From Hyaloraphidium curvatum SAG 235-1 (lineage: Eukaryota; Fungi; Monoblepharomycota), in assembly GCA_025558095.1 (NCBI GenBank), contig JAIVFI010000036.1:434001-498000 (forward strand): 64,000 bases of DNA, given 5' to 3'. Made by a program: the position numbers and the translations under genes. Positions 1-13,648 of the stretch are shown here, in pieces. The notes below the pieces were generated by a model. The model worked only from the letters and a program-made list of their open reading frames with translations, had not been told where the DNA came from and did not search any database. The first letter of the stretch is position 1; the number at the start of each line of letters is the position of its first letter.

Positions 1-3000
1 TTGCTCGTCTCACCATAGGCTGCCCCGTTTCCCCCTATAGAGCTCCTTCGACGGAGCGCGGAGGACACACTGGTCCTGCTCATCCGCTCGCTCGCCGACC
101 GCCTCCCCTCCGCCCTCGACGAAGCCGAATCCCCTTCCTCCTCCACCCCCACCGCCTTCCGCCCCTTCTCCCTCCCCTCGATCCTCGAATCCCTCCGCGT
201 GCTCGTCTCCATCATCGACCCCCGGAACCGGCACACGCACACCGACTCTGTGCACCGCGTCGTCGCCCTGGGCCTCCTCTGTACGTTCGTGGAGAACGCG
301 GGCGGAAGCGTGGGGCGGTGGGTGAGAATCGGGAGGGGGGTGCTGGAGAAGGGGAGGGAGAGGGAGAGGATCAAGAGGATCGAGAAGGCCGCTGGAAAGG
401 GCCCGGTGGTAGAGGCGGCCAAGGAGGAAGGGACGGGAGAGAGCGACGAGGAGCGAGGGAGGACAAGGGAGGTCAAGGAGACGGTGAACACCGATCCGGC
501 GGCCGTGGACGGGGCCCCGGAAGGCGCCCCGGCCGAGTCGGCAGGGGAAGCTGCTGAGGACGGTACGGCGCCCGCCGCGGACGCGGACAAGGAAAAGTCG
601 AAGGATTCGGCGCCGCTCGAGATCCATCTGGATACGGGACCGGCGCCGGACGCGGAGCCTTCCCCCGAGCTCGGGGAAGAGCTGCAGCCTTCGGCCGAAA
701 TGCCGCCTCCTTACGAAGGCGACGACGCGGTGCACGCTCCGGCGGCGCAGCTCCTCTCGGACGACATGCCCCGCTTCCTTTTCTATCTCCTGCGGACGGA
801 TCACCTGACTTTTGCCAGCCCGCCGACGCCGGTGCACCTCACCGTGCTCCAGCTCACGCTGCGCTGCCTCGCCGGGCTGTTTGCCACCGCGCGCGGGGAG
901 CTCAAGGGGCAGTACGGCTGGCTCGTGACCAGCGTCATCAGCCGCGGAGACCAGGGGGTGGTGGCATGGGACGTGGAGGGCGGCACGGGTTCGAGCGAGC
1001 CCGAGGAGGCCAAGGCCTCCGGGTCTGGACCGGTTCCCATCCGGGCCAGCCACACCGTGTTCCCCGTCACGGGGGAGGTGCGCGAGCTGCTGCTGGAAAC
1101 GCTGCTGCAATTTGCGCGCGTGCCGAGCTTCGCCGCGGAGCTGTGGGTCAACTTTGACGGGGACCCGTCGTCGCCGGGGCACCTCTTCGAAGATGCATTC
1201 AAGTTCCTCAGCCGGCACGGGTTCCCGGACGTGACCCCCGGCGGTCCCGTGACGACGCCGATCCACCAGAGCCTGTGCCTCGACAGCCTGCTCCTCTTCC
1301 TGAAGCACATGGTGGAGCGGCGCGGCGACGCGTCGGCGACCGCGACCGACGGTTCGGCGCTCCCCACGCCCGATCAGCTCCGCGAGAACAAGCTCAGGAA
1401 GAAGCAGCTCGCCGAGGGCGCCGAAAAGTTCAACGTGGACCCCAAGGAGGGCATCGCGCACCTGCAAGTCCACGGCTTCGTCCCCACCCCACCGACCCCG
1501 GAATCCATCGCCGCGTTCCTCCTCACCACCCCGGGCGTGAGCAAAAAACTGATCGGCGACTACATCTCCAAGCCGTCCAACGTGGACGTGCTCAAAGCCT
1601 TCATCGGGCAGTACGACTTTTCGGGCCGGAGGATCGACGAGGCGCTGCGGCTGATGCTGGAGGGGTTCAGGCTCCCCGGCGAGGCGCAGCAGATCGAGAG
1701 AATCATGGAGAACTTCGCCGAAAGGTACTTTTCCTCGCTGGAGAACGCCGAAGGGAAGGAGATCGAGACGCAGGACGCGACGTTCGTGCTCGCTTATTCG
1801 GTTATTATGCTCAACACGGACCAGCACAACCCGCAAGTCAGGGTGAGTGATCCGTACCCGCCGTGATCGACTCTTTCGAGCTGAGTTTCTTGGCAGCGCC
1901 GGATGACGCTCGAGGACTTCCAGCGCAACACCCGCGGCGTCAACAACGGCAAGAACTTCTCCCCCGACTACCTCTCGCAGATCTACGACGCCATCCGCGA
2001 GCGGGCGATCGTGATGCCGGAGGAGCACGACGGCGAGCTCGGCCTCAACTACGCCTGGAAGGAGCTGCTCAAGCGCGCGGCCGCGCACGGCAACTCGATG
2101 CTGATACCCAGCGTGGCGACGAACGCGTACGACAAGGACATGGTGGAGGCGGTGTGGCCGCCGACGGTCGCGGCCATTTCCTATGGTGAGCATGTCTTGA
2201 ATGGTTCCGCTTGAACTCGTCTTGATGGGATCTGCTCAGCGTTTGACAACGCGGAAGACGACACCAATCTCCAAAAGGCCGTGTACGGCTTCTACTGCCT
2301 CGCGGTGCTTGCCGCCCACTACGGCCTCACGGACCTGTTTGACAACGTGGTGGTCTCCTTGGCACGCAGCACAGGCCTACTGCGAGGCACGGCCGAGCTT
2401 TCTCTTTTCGGCAACGCCTCGCCGTCCACGGCATCCGTGCCGGGCGAAGCGCGCCGCGAAGGCACGGACCGCTGGATTGTCGACTTTGGCCGGAACCACA
2501 AGGGCCAGGTCGCGGCCGTGCTCCTGTTTGGCATCGCGTCGGAGCATGGCAACTCGATCCGCGGGGGATGGAAGCATCTCTTGGACTGCGTCGGCAACCT
2601 CTTCCTCCACCAGCTCCTTTCGCCCGCCCTGACCACGGCCGAGGACTTTGTGAAAGGCTCTGTGCCGGTGCCGACGACTCCGTTGCCGGGACAGCAGTTT
2701 TCGCGGAAGCAGGAAGCCCGGAGCGATCGCGGCGGCCTGTTTTCGGCGCTGGGGCAGATTCTTGCCCTGCGGAGCTCGCAGGACGACGACCGGTTGGACG
2801 AGCCCACGGACGAGGAGGTCAGGATGGACAGGGTCATGCAGGAGGTTGTGAACAGCTGCAGGATCGAGGACATTTTCGCCGAGAGCAGGTTCCTCGAGGA
2901 GGGCTCCCTCAAGTCCCTCATCCAGCAGGCGGTCCAGGCCTCGATCGCCGATCCCAACGCCGCCATCCTCCCGCAAGTTGCCATGCTTCGCGCCGAATAC

Positions 3001-4819
3001 GCCGGATCCCGACCCATCAGCCGGTCGCCGGCGCCCAACAACCGCGCCGAGAAACCGTCCCCCAGCAAGACCGTGACGCCGCCGATGCCGTTGCCGGAAT
3101 CCAACACTGCGTCTCCCTCGGTCAAGTATAACGCCGCCGCGGCCTTCTTCCTGGACATCATGGTCAACGTCGTCATCCAGAACCGCGATCGCGTCAAGAC
3201 CCTCTGGTGGGCTCCGAACTGGATTTTCTGTTGGCACTTGCTCACAATGGCTTTAACAGGCCGATCGTTTTTGACCACATCAACACCATCCTTACCAACT
3301 CGGCCGCATACCCTCCTCTCCTCGTCGAGCGCGCCGTCGTTTCCCTCCTCCGCCTGTCGATCCGCGTTGCTCACAAGGAAGAGATGGTCGAGGACGTCTG
3401 CCGGGCGCTCGAGCTCCTCCGATCGCTTCCCCAGGATGTCATGAACTCGGTCGCGGAGCAGATGATGGCCGGCATCCTCGTGCTCATCAAGTCGTCGGAG
3501 AGCACCGTGACGGTGAACCCCGCCTTTACGGAGCCTATCCTGTCCCTCCTTTCGGTGGCGACTTTGCACCCGGATGCGGCCAAGTATGCTTTCGATGCCG
3601 TCACAATCCTTCTGTCGGATAGCACAGCAACCACCAACGGCGCCGTTCCTTCCGGAGTCGGCGTGAATCCCGACAACTTTGGCGAGTTTGTCGACGTCCT
3701 GATCAACTTCTCGGCCGCTGCGGGCATCGTCTTTGCTCAAGCAAGCGCGGTGGAGGAGGCTCCTGCTTCGCAGAACTGGAACGGACGTGCTAGCCCGCGG
3801 TCGAAACAGCCCCCGAACCCGATGAAGAGGTGGGTGCCTGCGGGTGGGATTCGCCGACGATTGACAACGCCTTCGCAGTCCCATCGTTCAGGGTGCCATT
3901 GAGCGGGCCGTCAAGGCGTGCGATCGCCTTTACAAGCTCCATGGACGGATACCCAAGCTGATGGAGCAGAAGGGCATCCGCGCAGAGAGGGCGTGGTTCG
4001 AGTTCTGGCTGCCTATCCTCTCGGGCCTCGGACAGCAGTGCTACCATCCATGCCGCGACGTGCGCCAGTCGGCGCTCACGTACCTCCAGCGCGCGCTTCT
4101 GTCCCCGGAGCTGGAGCAGGCGAGCGGGGACAAGCTCGACTGTTGGGTGGACTCGTTCGAGAACGTCCTCTTCCCGCTCTTGGACGAGCTTCTGAAGCCC
4201 GAGGTCTTCCGCCTCGATGCCGCGGGCATGGACGAAACGCGGATGCGGGCGGCTGGGCTGCTCAGCAAGATCTTCCTGCAGTACCTGAACCGGCTGTCGC
4301 GGTGGATGGAGCTTCCTCACCTCTGGGAGAGGATCCTGCAGTACATGGTCAAGTACATGCAGAGCGGAACCGGAGAGTACCTGGTATGTTGCTGCACGGT
4401 TTCCGGGGATGCCTTATCTGACTCGTTCGTGGTAGCACGAGGCCGTCGTCGAATCCCTGAAAAACATGCTTCTCGTGATGTCTACGCAGGGCATGTTCCA
4501 ACCACGCTCGGAAAACGTGGACAACGATCCTGCCGGCAACCTATGGGACGTGACCTGGACATTCCTTTCGCCTTTCCTGCCGAACCTGAAAGATGAACTG
4601 TTTCCGCCGGGCCCGCCCGAAGACACGGAGAGGCCGGGGCCGGAAGCGGGATCCGTCAAGGATGCCGGCGAGGCCGCGCACGGGAGCCCCCCGCTAGCCA
4701 ACGCTGCGGACGAAGCGCCGGAGGGCGCACACGTGAACGGAGTCGCAGAGTCGCCCGTTGCCGAGGCGGCGCACGAATCGGCGACCGACGGCGTACAAAC
4801 GGCAGAGGTCGGGGCATGA
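1..4819 (+). CDS. GBF1: Sec7-domain Arf guanine-nucleotide exchange factor, GBF1/Gea1/2 type (5' end outside window, multi-exon)
   Basis: Sec7 motifs FRLPGEAQQIERIMENF and LAYSVIMLNTDQHN; C-terminal GBF1/Gea-type segments LSKIFLQYL and VESLKNMLLVM. ORFs 199-1866, 1903-2214, 2281-3444, 3207-3902, 3961-4596 and 4466-4819 are joined by short GT-AG introns (e.g. ~1843-1896). Confidence 0.92.
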
Positions 4820-5225
4820 TCCTCGGGAACTGGAATTGCGCTAGATGTACATACGTGATACGAAACTCAATCGGATCGATCAGGCGGTCCTTTGTCAAAC
4901 GTGCCGTCCGAGCGTGCTTTCCAGCGCGAGCGGCGTGATCGCGAGCGGAACAATACAACACGTCCGGAGAGCAGTGTCTTAGCCAGACATCCAGCGAATC
5001 TAGCAAGCGATCGTTAGGTGCACCTGCTGCCGAGGGCTGGTCAGACCTGGGCTGACGCCGACCCGCCGCGCCCAAAGCATCAGCCGCCCACGGCCTTTGC
5101 GCCAAGAGCGGCCCAGGTCCCGCCGCATTGCCCTGCGGCGCGCTGGCGGGCCTCGACAGCGTTCCCCGATATAGCTTTCAAGAACTATGTCGGCTGCCGG
5201 GCCGCGGCAGCGCTCATGGGACGCG

Positions 5226-8200
5226 ATGCGCCGGTCGGCGCGCCGAGGTTCCGCCGCCCTGGTTGTTCTCCTCGTCCTGGCGATGGCCGCGGCGGAGCTC
5301 TCTTCCTCTGGAGATTTGCTCGGGGACCAGCCCACAAGCCCCCGGCGGCCAACCATCGGGGCGGCCGCGGCGCTCATCCCGCGGGAACCTGCTGACGCTG
5401 GGGAGCTGACGGACTCGGGACGCTGGACGGTCTTCGATGGCGCCCCGGACGGACGTGAACTGGAAGATGCACCCGATCTGGATCGTCGCCAAGTCAAGAA
5501 GAAGGTCAGCCTTCGCTGCGATTGACAATTGGCCTGTCAAGGACCCTGAGCCCGCCCTCTCTGCCCCCGCAGACCACGAGCCGCCGAAAGAAGACGACGA
5601 CCAGGAAAAAGGTCGCAACTACCAAGAAGCGGCTGAAAACGACGACCAAGAAGGGCGCGGCCAAGGTCACGACGAAGAAAGGGGCCGTCGTGAGGACCAC
5701 CACCAGGGGCAACGTGGGGACCAGGAGAATGTCCTTGCCTCGCTCTCGTTGACCAAGGCTTCTTACAGGCACTCACGACACCACGGCAAACAACACCGAG
5801 GGTGCTCGTGGTGAGCTTCATTGCTTCATTCTGGATTGGGTGGAGTACAGAGCGGTAACTCGATCCTTGGATCACCAGATCACTACTTCCCCGCCTTCCC
5901 CCCCGCCTCCTCCTCCTCCTCCTCCTCCTCCTCCTCCTCCTCCTCCTCCTCCGCCTCCTCCGCCTCCGCCTCCTCCGCCTCCTCCGCCTCCTCCAACAAC
6001 GGTTCGTGCCACCAAGTGTCTTCTTGCGGTTTATCTGACTTCCACAACCGGCCGCAGACAACTACAAGCCAAACGCAGACGCTCACGGCGACGAGCTCTA
6101 CCACGTCGCAGACGACCTCGACAACCAGCTTCACGCGAACGACATCATCAGTGGGCTCCATGTGCTCATCATTCCAGTCGCGGCGGCTTGACCGAGTTGC
6201 GTGACAGTTAACCACTAGCACGAGCACTCAGTTCCTTTTCGACTTCTCGAATTCGACCGACTATGCGATCAGGAACAGCTGGGGAGCAACGAGCAGCGTG
6301 TTTGTGAACGAGACGGGCATCATAGCCTCGATCGAGGTTGACGTGGACTTTGTGCATTCGCGCCTCCCCAACATCGAAATTCAGCTGCAAAGGGACACGG
6401 ATGTGGTGACGCTGTACTACGCACCCAGCGGCGGATGCGCGGGCCTGGCGCGCTCGAGATTGAACGTGACGTTCAGTGACTTGGGCACCGCCCAGCTGGG
6501 GCCCCTGCCAGGCCAGTCATGTAGTGGATCGGTCTTCAAACCCGCATTTCCTTTGGATCGCTTCGTCGGTACATCGAGTGCGGGAGAATGGGTGCTGCAG
6601 TTCATCGACTACAACGGCAACGGGAAAGAGGGTACGCTTTATGGATGGAATCTTCGAATAAGGCGAATGTACGGCACCACGACCTCATCGCAAACCCTCA
6701 CGACGTCGACCATAACTACGCAACGCACTGTAGGATCGTGGCTCCGGCGCTGATCGTCGGCTCCATCATTGATTCGCGCCCTTTGCAGATGACGCGAACT
6801 TCGAGTACGCTCGCTCCCGGCGAGGTTTATCTGTGCAACTCCACCGAATTCGCCGTGTATGGCAAATTCGACTTTTCAGACGCCTACGGATACGATCAGG
6901 ACTACTATGCGGCGAACGCTACCATTTTCAACCCTGGTGGCGGCTCAATCGTGGATGTCGACGTTGCCATGGAGTTTACGGTCACGGCAGCGTCTAGGCT
7001 TGATTGGTAGGCTGAGAAGAGTCGCTGGCCGATGCGCTTGCTCTGATATCTCAATTCCGCAGGCGCGTTTCGCTCGTCCGGGTTTCGGACAACACCACCG
7101 TGACTCTGTTTGATCACGGTGGCTGCGGCGCCGACTACCTAAACTACTTCAGTGACGACAGGCGAAGCATCGTCTACGACGACGCTGCGCCCAACTTCTA
7201 CGGGGACAGCTTCTTTGACAGCGAGCCGAACCGATCGTGTAACGGCACGTTCTTCAAGCCCAAGCGACCGCTGTCCGCCTTCACCGGAGGTCCCGCAAGC
7301 GGCCCGTGGATGCTGTCGATCGACAACAGCGACGGCTACGACACGAACGTGGTCCATTCGGTGTGCCTCAAGATAAAGACGGAGCAAAGGACCCACACGA
7401 CGCGCAGGACGAGCACAAGCGTGAGTGGATCGCTTGAATTCCACACGCAGTGGATGGCTCACAAGGTCTGTGAACGACAGAGAACGAGAACCACGGCAAC
7501 TCCCATCAACGGACTCCAAGAGTTCTGCAGCGAAGCTCCGGCCGAGATCACGTACGGAAAGAACATCTTCCCGGTCAGAGCCTACAACACGGGGCCCATC
7601 ATCGCGATGGAGGTTCTTGTCGACATTGCGTTCTGGCGGTTCGACGACATCTCCATATGGCTCAAGCGCGTGTCCGACGGCAAGGAGATCCCAATCTATG
7701 GGAGATCAGACTGCAAGGACGCACTTGGATACAATCGGACCGCGTTCACCTTCAGGGATGATCCCACTCTGCCCGTCATCGGCGAGGATCCTAACCTCGG
7801 CACATGCAAGCCCGGCACGCTCTTTGCCCCGCTCCGGCCCTTTGAAGGCAACTTCTACTACGACAATGCAAACGGGGTGTGGGAACTCAGTGTGTTTACA
7901 TTCGGAGGCAATGGCACCCTCTTCAACTGGTGCTTGAGGACCAATTCGTCGCTCGCATCCACGACTACGACCCGCACCGACGTGACGACTCGTACGCGGA
8001 CAACCACCACGTCGCGTACTAGAACATCAGTGAGCCCACGTTGCATGAATGTAGAGGGCTTCGGCGCTGACAGCTCCATCGTACCTGTAGACTCAGACAG
8101 CCACCAGACCTGGGTACCAACGGTTCTGCAGCTCCAACGTGCCGGCTACGATCGGAGACCTCTCGACCACGGTCAATTCCATCGTTGTTCCCATCTCCGG

Positions 8201-8552
8201 CACGGTGTCTGGGCTTGCTGTCGACTTGTCGATCACTCACGACTTTATCGAAGACCTGAAGGTCGTCCTGAGCCGACCGGATGGCAGGAATGTGACACTT
8301 TTTGCGGATGTCGAGTGCGGCTTCCGTTTGGGCCCGACCATGATGACTTTCGAAGACTCTGCGAGCAAAATCTTCGGCCGCGACATGGGCAACGACACGG
8401 TCACGTGTTTTGGCACTCTCTACCGTCCTGAGCAGCCTCTGTCGGTCTTTAGCGGGCAATCTCCGAACGGCGCGTGGAGTCTCTCTATCACCGATCAGTC
8501 GGAAGGGGTCTCGGGGACGATGCAGTCGTGGTGCTTGCACATCAAGGCTTGA
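5226..8552 (+). CDS. Secreted Thr/Pro-rich protein with four proprotein-convertase P-domain-like modules (multi-exon)
   Basis: Hydrophobic signal (AALVVLLVLAMAAA), Lys/Thr-rich and poly-Pro linkers. Four related modules end in GEWVLQFID..GTLYGWNLRI, GPWMLSIDN..VHSVCLKI, GVWELSVF..GTLFNWCLR and GAWSLSITD..GTMQSWCLHI. Confidence 0.7.
5905..5993 (+). repeat. (CCT/CCG)n trinucleotide microsatellite, probably encoding a poly-Pro linker
   Basis: Long cctcctcct... run interrupted by ccg; frame 5840 reads ITTSPPSPPPP...PTT. Confidence 0.9.
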
Positions 8553-8750
8553 TTTGAGATCTTTAGCTGCTCCACCGCTTGTATCTTGGCGCATGCATGA
8601 GCCGTTTGGCAGGAGATCGAGATGCCGGATCGGCCAATCTCACATGGCTGCACAGCCAGGCCGCAGCTCCATCTCGTATTCTCGCCGGCCCAAACACGCC
8701 TCTTTTTGTCCTCGCTCCGCAAGGCTAACTGCGCGAGTCCATTGGTCGCC

Positions 8751-10461
8751 ATGGGCACTCTACAAGGTGCGGGCGTCGATGGTGCCGCGAGGGCCACTCA
8801 GGTCGCTGAGGCCCGGCCAGCCGTGGGGGGCATCGCGGAGTCTGTCGCCGACCTCATCTGGCTTGTACCGCCTTCGGAGCTCCGCAACCTCGTCCTGCGC
8901 GCCGTCAACGGCGAAGCAATCACCGTCGCGGACGTCCGCGCGGCAGGGCTCCGGCGGGGAGCTCGTCTTCCCTCGCCCATGACCACTGCCGGCCACGAGA
9001 CTCTGGAACCTTTCAAGGAGCTGCCAAACGAAATCAAGATCCTCATATTCCTTTTCTTGCTGTTTCGTGAGCGCCTGCGCGCTGCTGCGCGCGTGTGCCG
9101 TGCCTGGCGAGAGCTTCTCAAGGTTCCCGCGCTCTGGGAAAGCTGCGACTTCTCGTCCTCGAAGCTCTCGTCGCGAACTGTTACCAACGCGGACATTGGG
9201 AAGCTTTTCGGACTTCAGGGTGATCGTGAACCCACGATAGACCCGAGCTTCGTGCGGCGATTAAGTTCACCGTCGCCGACGGACTTTCGGGGCCCGAAAT
9301 TGAACAGTGGGTTTGTCCGCGTAATGCCTTGCTCAATTGTCAACCATGGTCTCCTGGACAGGTTGCTCCTCGGGACCCCGAATGTCGTCGGCATTGACCT
9401 ATCGGGCCGGGGCCTTGCAAAGGAGGTCATTCAACGAGCGTCAATGCCTGACGCGCCCCGTGCACACGAGATGTTGACCGTGGAAGACAATGCTATTTAC
9501 GAGACCGCCGTACGCGCGCTGCAGAGCAACCCGAAAATCGAGCACCTCGGCATTTCGACGGCCAAGCTCTCGGAAACAGACCTCGTCCGCATTGCACGTG
9601 CCAGGGCACAATCCAACTCTGACGCGATGCAGGGAGTTTCGAATATCGTGAGCCTCTCCCGTAGGTCCCGTTCTGCTCCCCAGAAGGGTCTCTGCTTACG
9701 CCGACGTCCGTTAGTTAAACCTTCACACCGAGCTATCTTTGACCTTTCCACTGTCGCTAAGCTGGCGCGCTGGCTTCCAAAGCTTGAGCATCTCGATCTT
9801 TCGACTTTGAGGACGCACACGAGCTTTGCGGAAGCTGCTCAACCCGTGGCTGCAATGGCAAATATGCCAAACCTGCGCACCTTCATTGTCGGCCAGGTGG
9901 TCTTAGGCCGGAGCTACTCCCGTGCGGAGGTTAGAACGCCACACACGCAGGAGACCATCGACAAGGTACGGACGTCCTTTCAATACCCGCGTCACCGCAA
10001 CCTCTGACAGATCTTCTCACAAACAGATCCTTCGGGAGCTTGTCTTAGCTCTTCACACATCCTTCGGCAGATCCATCGAGAACTTGTACCTCACATTTGC
10101 GGAGCAACCCAATTTGGGGCCACCACACCCCTGGCCGTCGATTGCAGGTTCCTTCACCGTCGCTCGTGGATGGCCCAAGCTACGAGAGTTCGGACTCTCT
10201 GGGCTCCACACGGCGGCTATCGAAGGGAATCCAACAGCCGAGGAGAGTGCCTTCCTTTCGGACATGAACGCCCCTGAGCTCCGTATGGTCGTGGGAAGCA
10301 AGCAATCAAAACAGAGCCTCGCCCATGCCGTGGATTGGATGGGCCGGGCAAAGGAGCAGCGGTGGAGCAAGGGCGGGGTTGGAGACGTTCCATTGGAGTG
10401 GTCGATTCATCCATACGAGACGAGGTTCTGGTTCCGGGACCTGGAGGTTTGGAGGCGATGA
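8751..10461 (+). CDS. F-box/LRR-like protein (multi-exon)
   Basis: F-box FKELPNEIKILIFLFL..LRAAARVCRAWRELLKVPALW followed by LRR-like repeats (LPKLEHLDLS, MPNLRTFIV, WPKLREFGL). Confidence 0.75.
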
Positions 10462-10703
10462 CGTGCGGATTCTACCTTGGCTTTCAACCGTTTCTTCATC
10501 TGTGGTAGTCGTTCTTTGTCCGATTATTGAATGCCATGTTTCCTTGCTTTTGAGCTTGTGCGGGGAGATGCCACTGGCAAGTGTCTGTTCGGGTACCGGC
10601 GCTTCGGAACAGCCGACTTCCCGACGGCGAACACCAGTCTCCTCTGCCTTTTCCGGGTCGCTTCTTCCCTCCTCCCATCCTTGCGCGTCCTTCGAACCCA
10701 ACG

Positions 10704-12480
10704 ATGAAGGCCGTCGTCGTACGCCAGTACGTCAAGGCTTCCAAGGACCTCAAGGTCGAGGATGTGCCGGCGCCAACGTGCCCCGAGGACGGCTTCCTCG
10801 TCGAGGTCCGCGCGTGCGGGCTCAACTTTTTCGACCTGCTGCAGACGCAAGGTGTGTTTTCGGCCTGAACAGGGTTATTGAGCGGGATGGTGGGGTTGGA
10901 GGAGCGTGCGAGGAGGTTGCCGAAGTGGGAACGCGCACTTGGGAAGAGGAGTCGTCGGGGGAGCCATCGCGACATGTGAGGCGGCAAAAGGCCTTACTGC
11001 GCGAAGGATCGATGGGGCGAAAGGAGGATTCCGGGCCCGTTGCTGCGATGGATGGTGGACCGTCTCCTTTGGGCGACACTGACGCCGTTTCGCCTCCGCC
11101 ACAGGCAACTACCAGTACCAGCCTCCTCTTGTCGGTGTTGAGCCTTTACTGTCCTTTCTCTCGTGGCTCTGGGCCTGACGATTCCGCCCAATCGTCCTCC
11201 TCGCCTTACCCGGAACGTCTTCCCCGTCTTGTACTTCCTCGAACGTCCAGCCCTGGTCGCCCGGCTCGGAGTTCGCCGGTGTTATCACCCAGATGGGCCC
11301 CAAGGCCCTCTCGAACCCCAACATCAAGCCGCACCTACCCCTCGGCGTCGGCTCCCGGATCTTTGGCACCGGTGCGATCTCTTTGCCCTGTCCATCCCGA
11401 TCGGTGCCTCACCGCCCCCCCCGCTCAGCCAACCCCGGCTCCCCCATGGGCGGTGCCGCGCAGGAGGTCCTCGCCATCGCCCCCCGCACCCCGCAGGACT
11501 TCTTCAAGGTCCCCGCGACCCTGACGATGAAGGACTGCTGCGCCATCCGGACGACCTACCTGACCGCGTGGCACGGGCTCGTGGACAGGGGGCAGATCAG
11601 GGAGGGAGATTGGGTGCTGGTTAACGCGGCGGCGGGAGGCGTGGGGAGCGCGGCGGTGGGTTCCGCGGGCAGATGCGATCCGGATTGGAGCTGAGGCGCG
11701 GTTCGGCGTCAGGTCCAAATCGCCAAGTACTTCAACTGCACGGTGGTCGCCACCTGCGGCTCGCCCGATAAGGTCAAGGTCTGCAAGGATCTCGGCGCCG
11801 ACTACGTGGGTGCTCTCGTGGACAGTGTCGGAATTTCAACTGATCGCGGTGGCTGTCCTGTTTCACAGGTCGTCGACTACAACGCGGATCCCAACTGGGG
11901 CCAGACGATCAAGGACATCACGATCAAGGCCGGGAAGGAGTGGGCCGGCGTTGACGTCTTCTGTGGGTCCTCTGCGCTCCCTCCAACCCGCCCATTCCAA
12001 CCGACCGCGGTTCCAGACGACGTCGTCGGCCAGCTCGAGGCCGGCCTCAAGTGCTGCGCTCCCCACTGCCGCGTCCTCCTCATCGGCTTCACCGGCCGCA
12101 CCCCCCAGACCCCCGAGCGCGTGCGCACCAACATCCTCCTCGTCAAGCAGATCAACGTGCTCCACGTGACCATGGGCGCCACCATCGGCCAGTTCCCGCA
12201 CCTCACGCCGCCCATGTGGAAGGGCGTGTTCCGGCTCTTCAACTCGGACCGCAAGCCCAAGCCGCTCGTGTACGACGCGCAGAGGTACCTCGGCATCGAC
12301 ACCTTCCCCCAGGTTGGTCGAGGGTGGACTGTCTGTCGTATTGATTGAGGCTGATGGATGTCCGCGCAGGCGCTCGAGGACCTCGGTTCCAGGAAGACGT
12401 GGGGCAAGGTGGTGGTCGAGTTCGGCAAGGGCGACGACGGCAAGCTGGGCTCCAACCCGGACGGGCTGGCCAAGCTCTGA
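10704..12480 (+). CDS. Medium-chain dehydrogenase/reductase (NADPH:quinone oxidoreductase-like), multi-exon, PTS1-like C-terminus
   Basis: MKAVVV..VEVRACGLNFFDLL, PGSEFAG, YLTAWHGL, VLVNAAAGGVGSAA, GSRKTWGKVVV; ends GLAKL*. Includes a ~26-nt micro-exon (GNYQYQPPL) near 11105-11130. Confidence 0.88.
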
Positions 12481-12642
12481 TCGGTGGTCGATGTACGATG
12501 CCATTACGACAATTGGATGGCAGATGACGTTCATGGACCGATCGAATCCGCGATCGCTGTGGCGAGCGCGTGCTCGTACCGTCGTACTCGCACCGTTGGC
12601 GGCGACAAACAGACTCGCTCTTCCTTCCCGTCCGCCAGCGCG

Positions 12643-13324
12643 ATGGCCTCCTCCGTTCCGAAGCTCAACGTGTTCTACTCCGCCCTCCTCCCCCAAGCCC
12701 GCGCCCTGCTCTCCTCCCCCGCGCACCACCACGCCGAGCACAAGCGGCACCTCGCCGCGTCGCGCCGCGAATGGCTCGTCGTGCTGGCCAACGCGTCGTC
12801 GATGCTCTATTGGGCACTGAAAGACGATGCGGGGCTGGAGATCAACTGGTGCGGGTTCTACCTGGTCTATCCGGACGAGAATCCCGAGGTGCGGTTGGCG
12901 CTGTCCGACGCTCGTTCGCCGCGAGCTGACCGACGCCGGTCCCTGCAACCTGTCCGAGCAGGTCCTTCGCCTCGGCCCTTTCCAGGGCCGCTCCGCGTGC
13001 CTCGCCATCCCTTTTTCCCGCGGCGTGTGCGGCGCCGCGGCCCGCAACGCGCGGACCTTGCTGATCCAGGACGTGCACGCCTTCCCGGGGCACATCGCCT
13101 GCGATTCCGAGTCGGCGAGCGAGGCGGTGGTGCCGATGCTCCACAAGGGCAAGGTGGTGGGGCTGCTGGACATTGATTGCAAGACGAAGGGGGGGTTCGG
13201 GAAGGGAGGGCAGGCAGAGGGGGAGGTGTTCGGTGCGGCGGCCGAAGGGGACGACGACAAGGTCGGGCTGGAGGCTTTTGTGGACGTGGTGATGGAGGCC
13301 GTGGGGGAGAACGGGTGGTGGTGA
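12643..13324 (+). CDS. msrC: GAF-domain free methionine-R-sulfoxide reductase (fRMsr), one intron
   Basis: NWCGFY, LGPFQGRSACLAIPFSRGVCG and DVHAFPGHIACDSESASEAVVP match the fRMsr/YebR signature. Confidence 0.88.
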
Positions 13325-13648
13325 GCCGTCCGGGCGCGGCAGGGAGCTGGTGCACGGGAGCAGGTGGAGGGTCGATAGAGGAGCGGTCCCAAAGTCCGAG
13401 TACCGGGGACCACGGTCCGTCCCCGAAGTGAAACACGTCATGGGGTGTTCCCCGGAGAGGAGCAAGGCAAAAATTGCTCGGCATGTCTCTTCATGAACGA
13501 TGACTACTACACTTCCAGATGTCAACAACGCAGCACAGATGATACACCAGGTCGCTCAACCTCGCATCAAGTCACCAGTCCTTTTTCGCCGGGAATCAGG
13601 TCCACAGACGTCCACTAGGCCCCCATCGCCCTTGTCTCCGGCCCAAGT

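Noticed and set aside
10-2193. Long antisense and alternate-frame ORFs (this one and many others, e.g. 29673-31403, 59587-61617, 48153-49727)
   Set aside because: They are shadows of GC-rich coding sequence on the other strand or frame, with Arg/Gly/Pro-rich translations and no domain motifs.
5821-6227. Poly-Ser, poly-Glu or poly-Arg proteins
   Set aside because: These are alternate readings of one CCT microsatellite; the poly-Pro frame fits the surrounding secreted gene.
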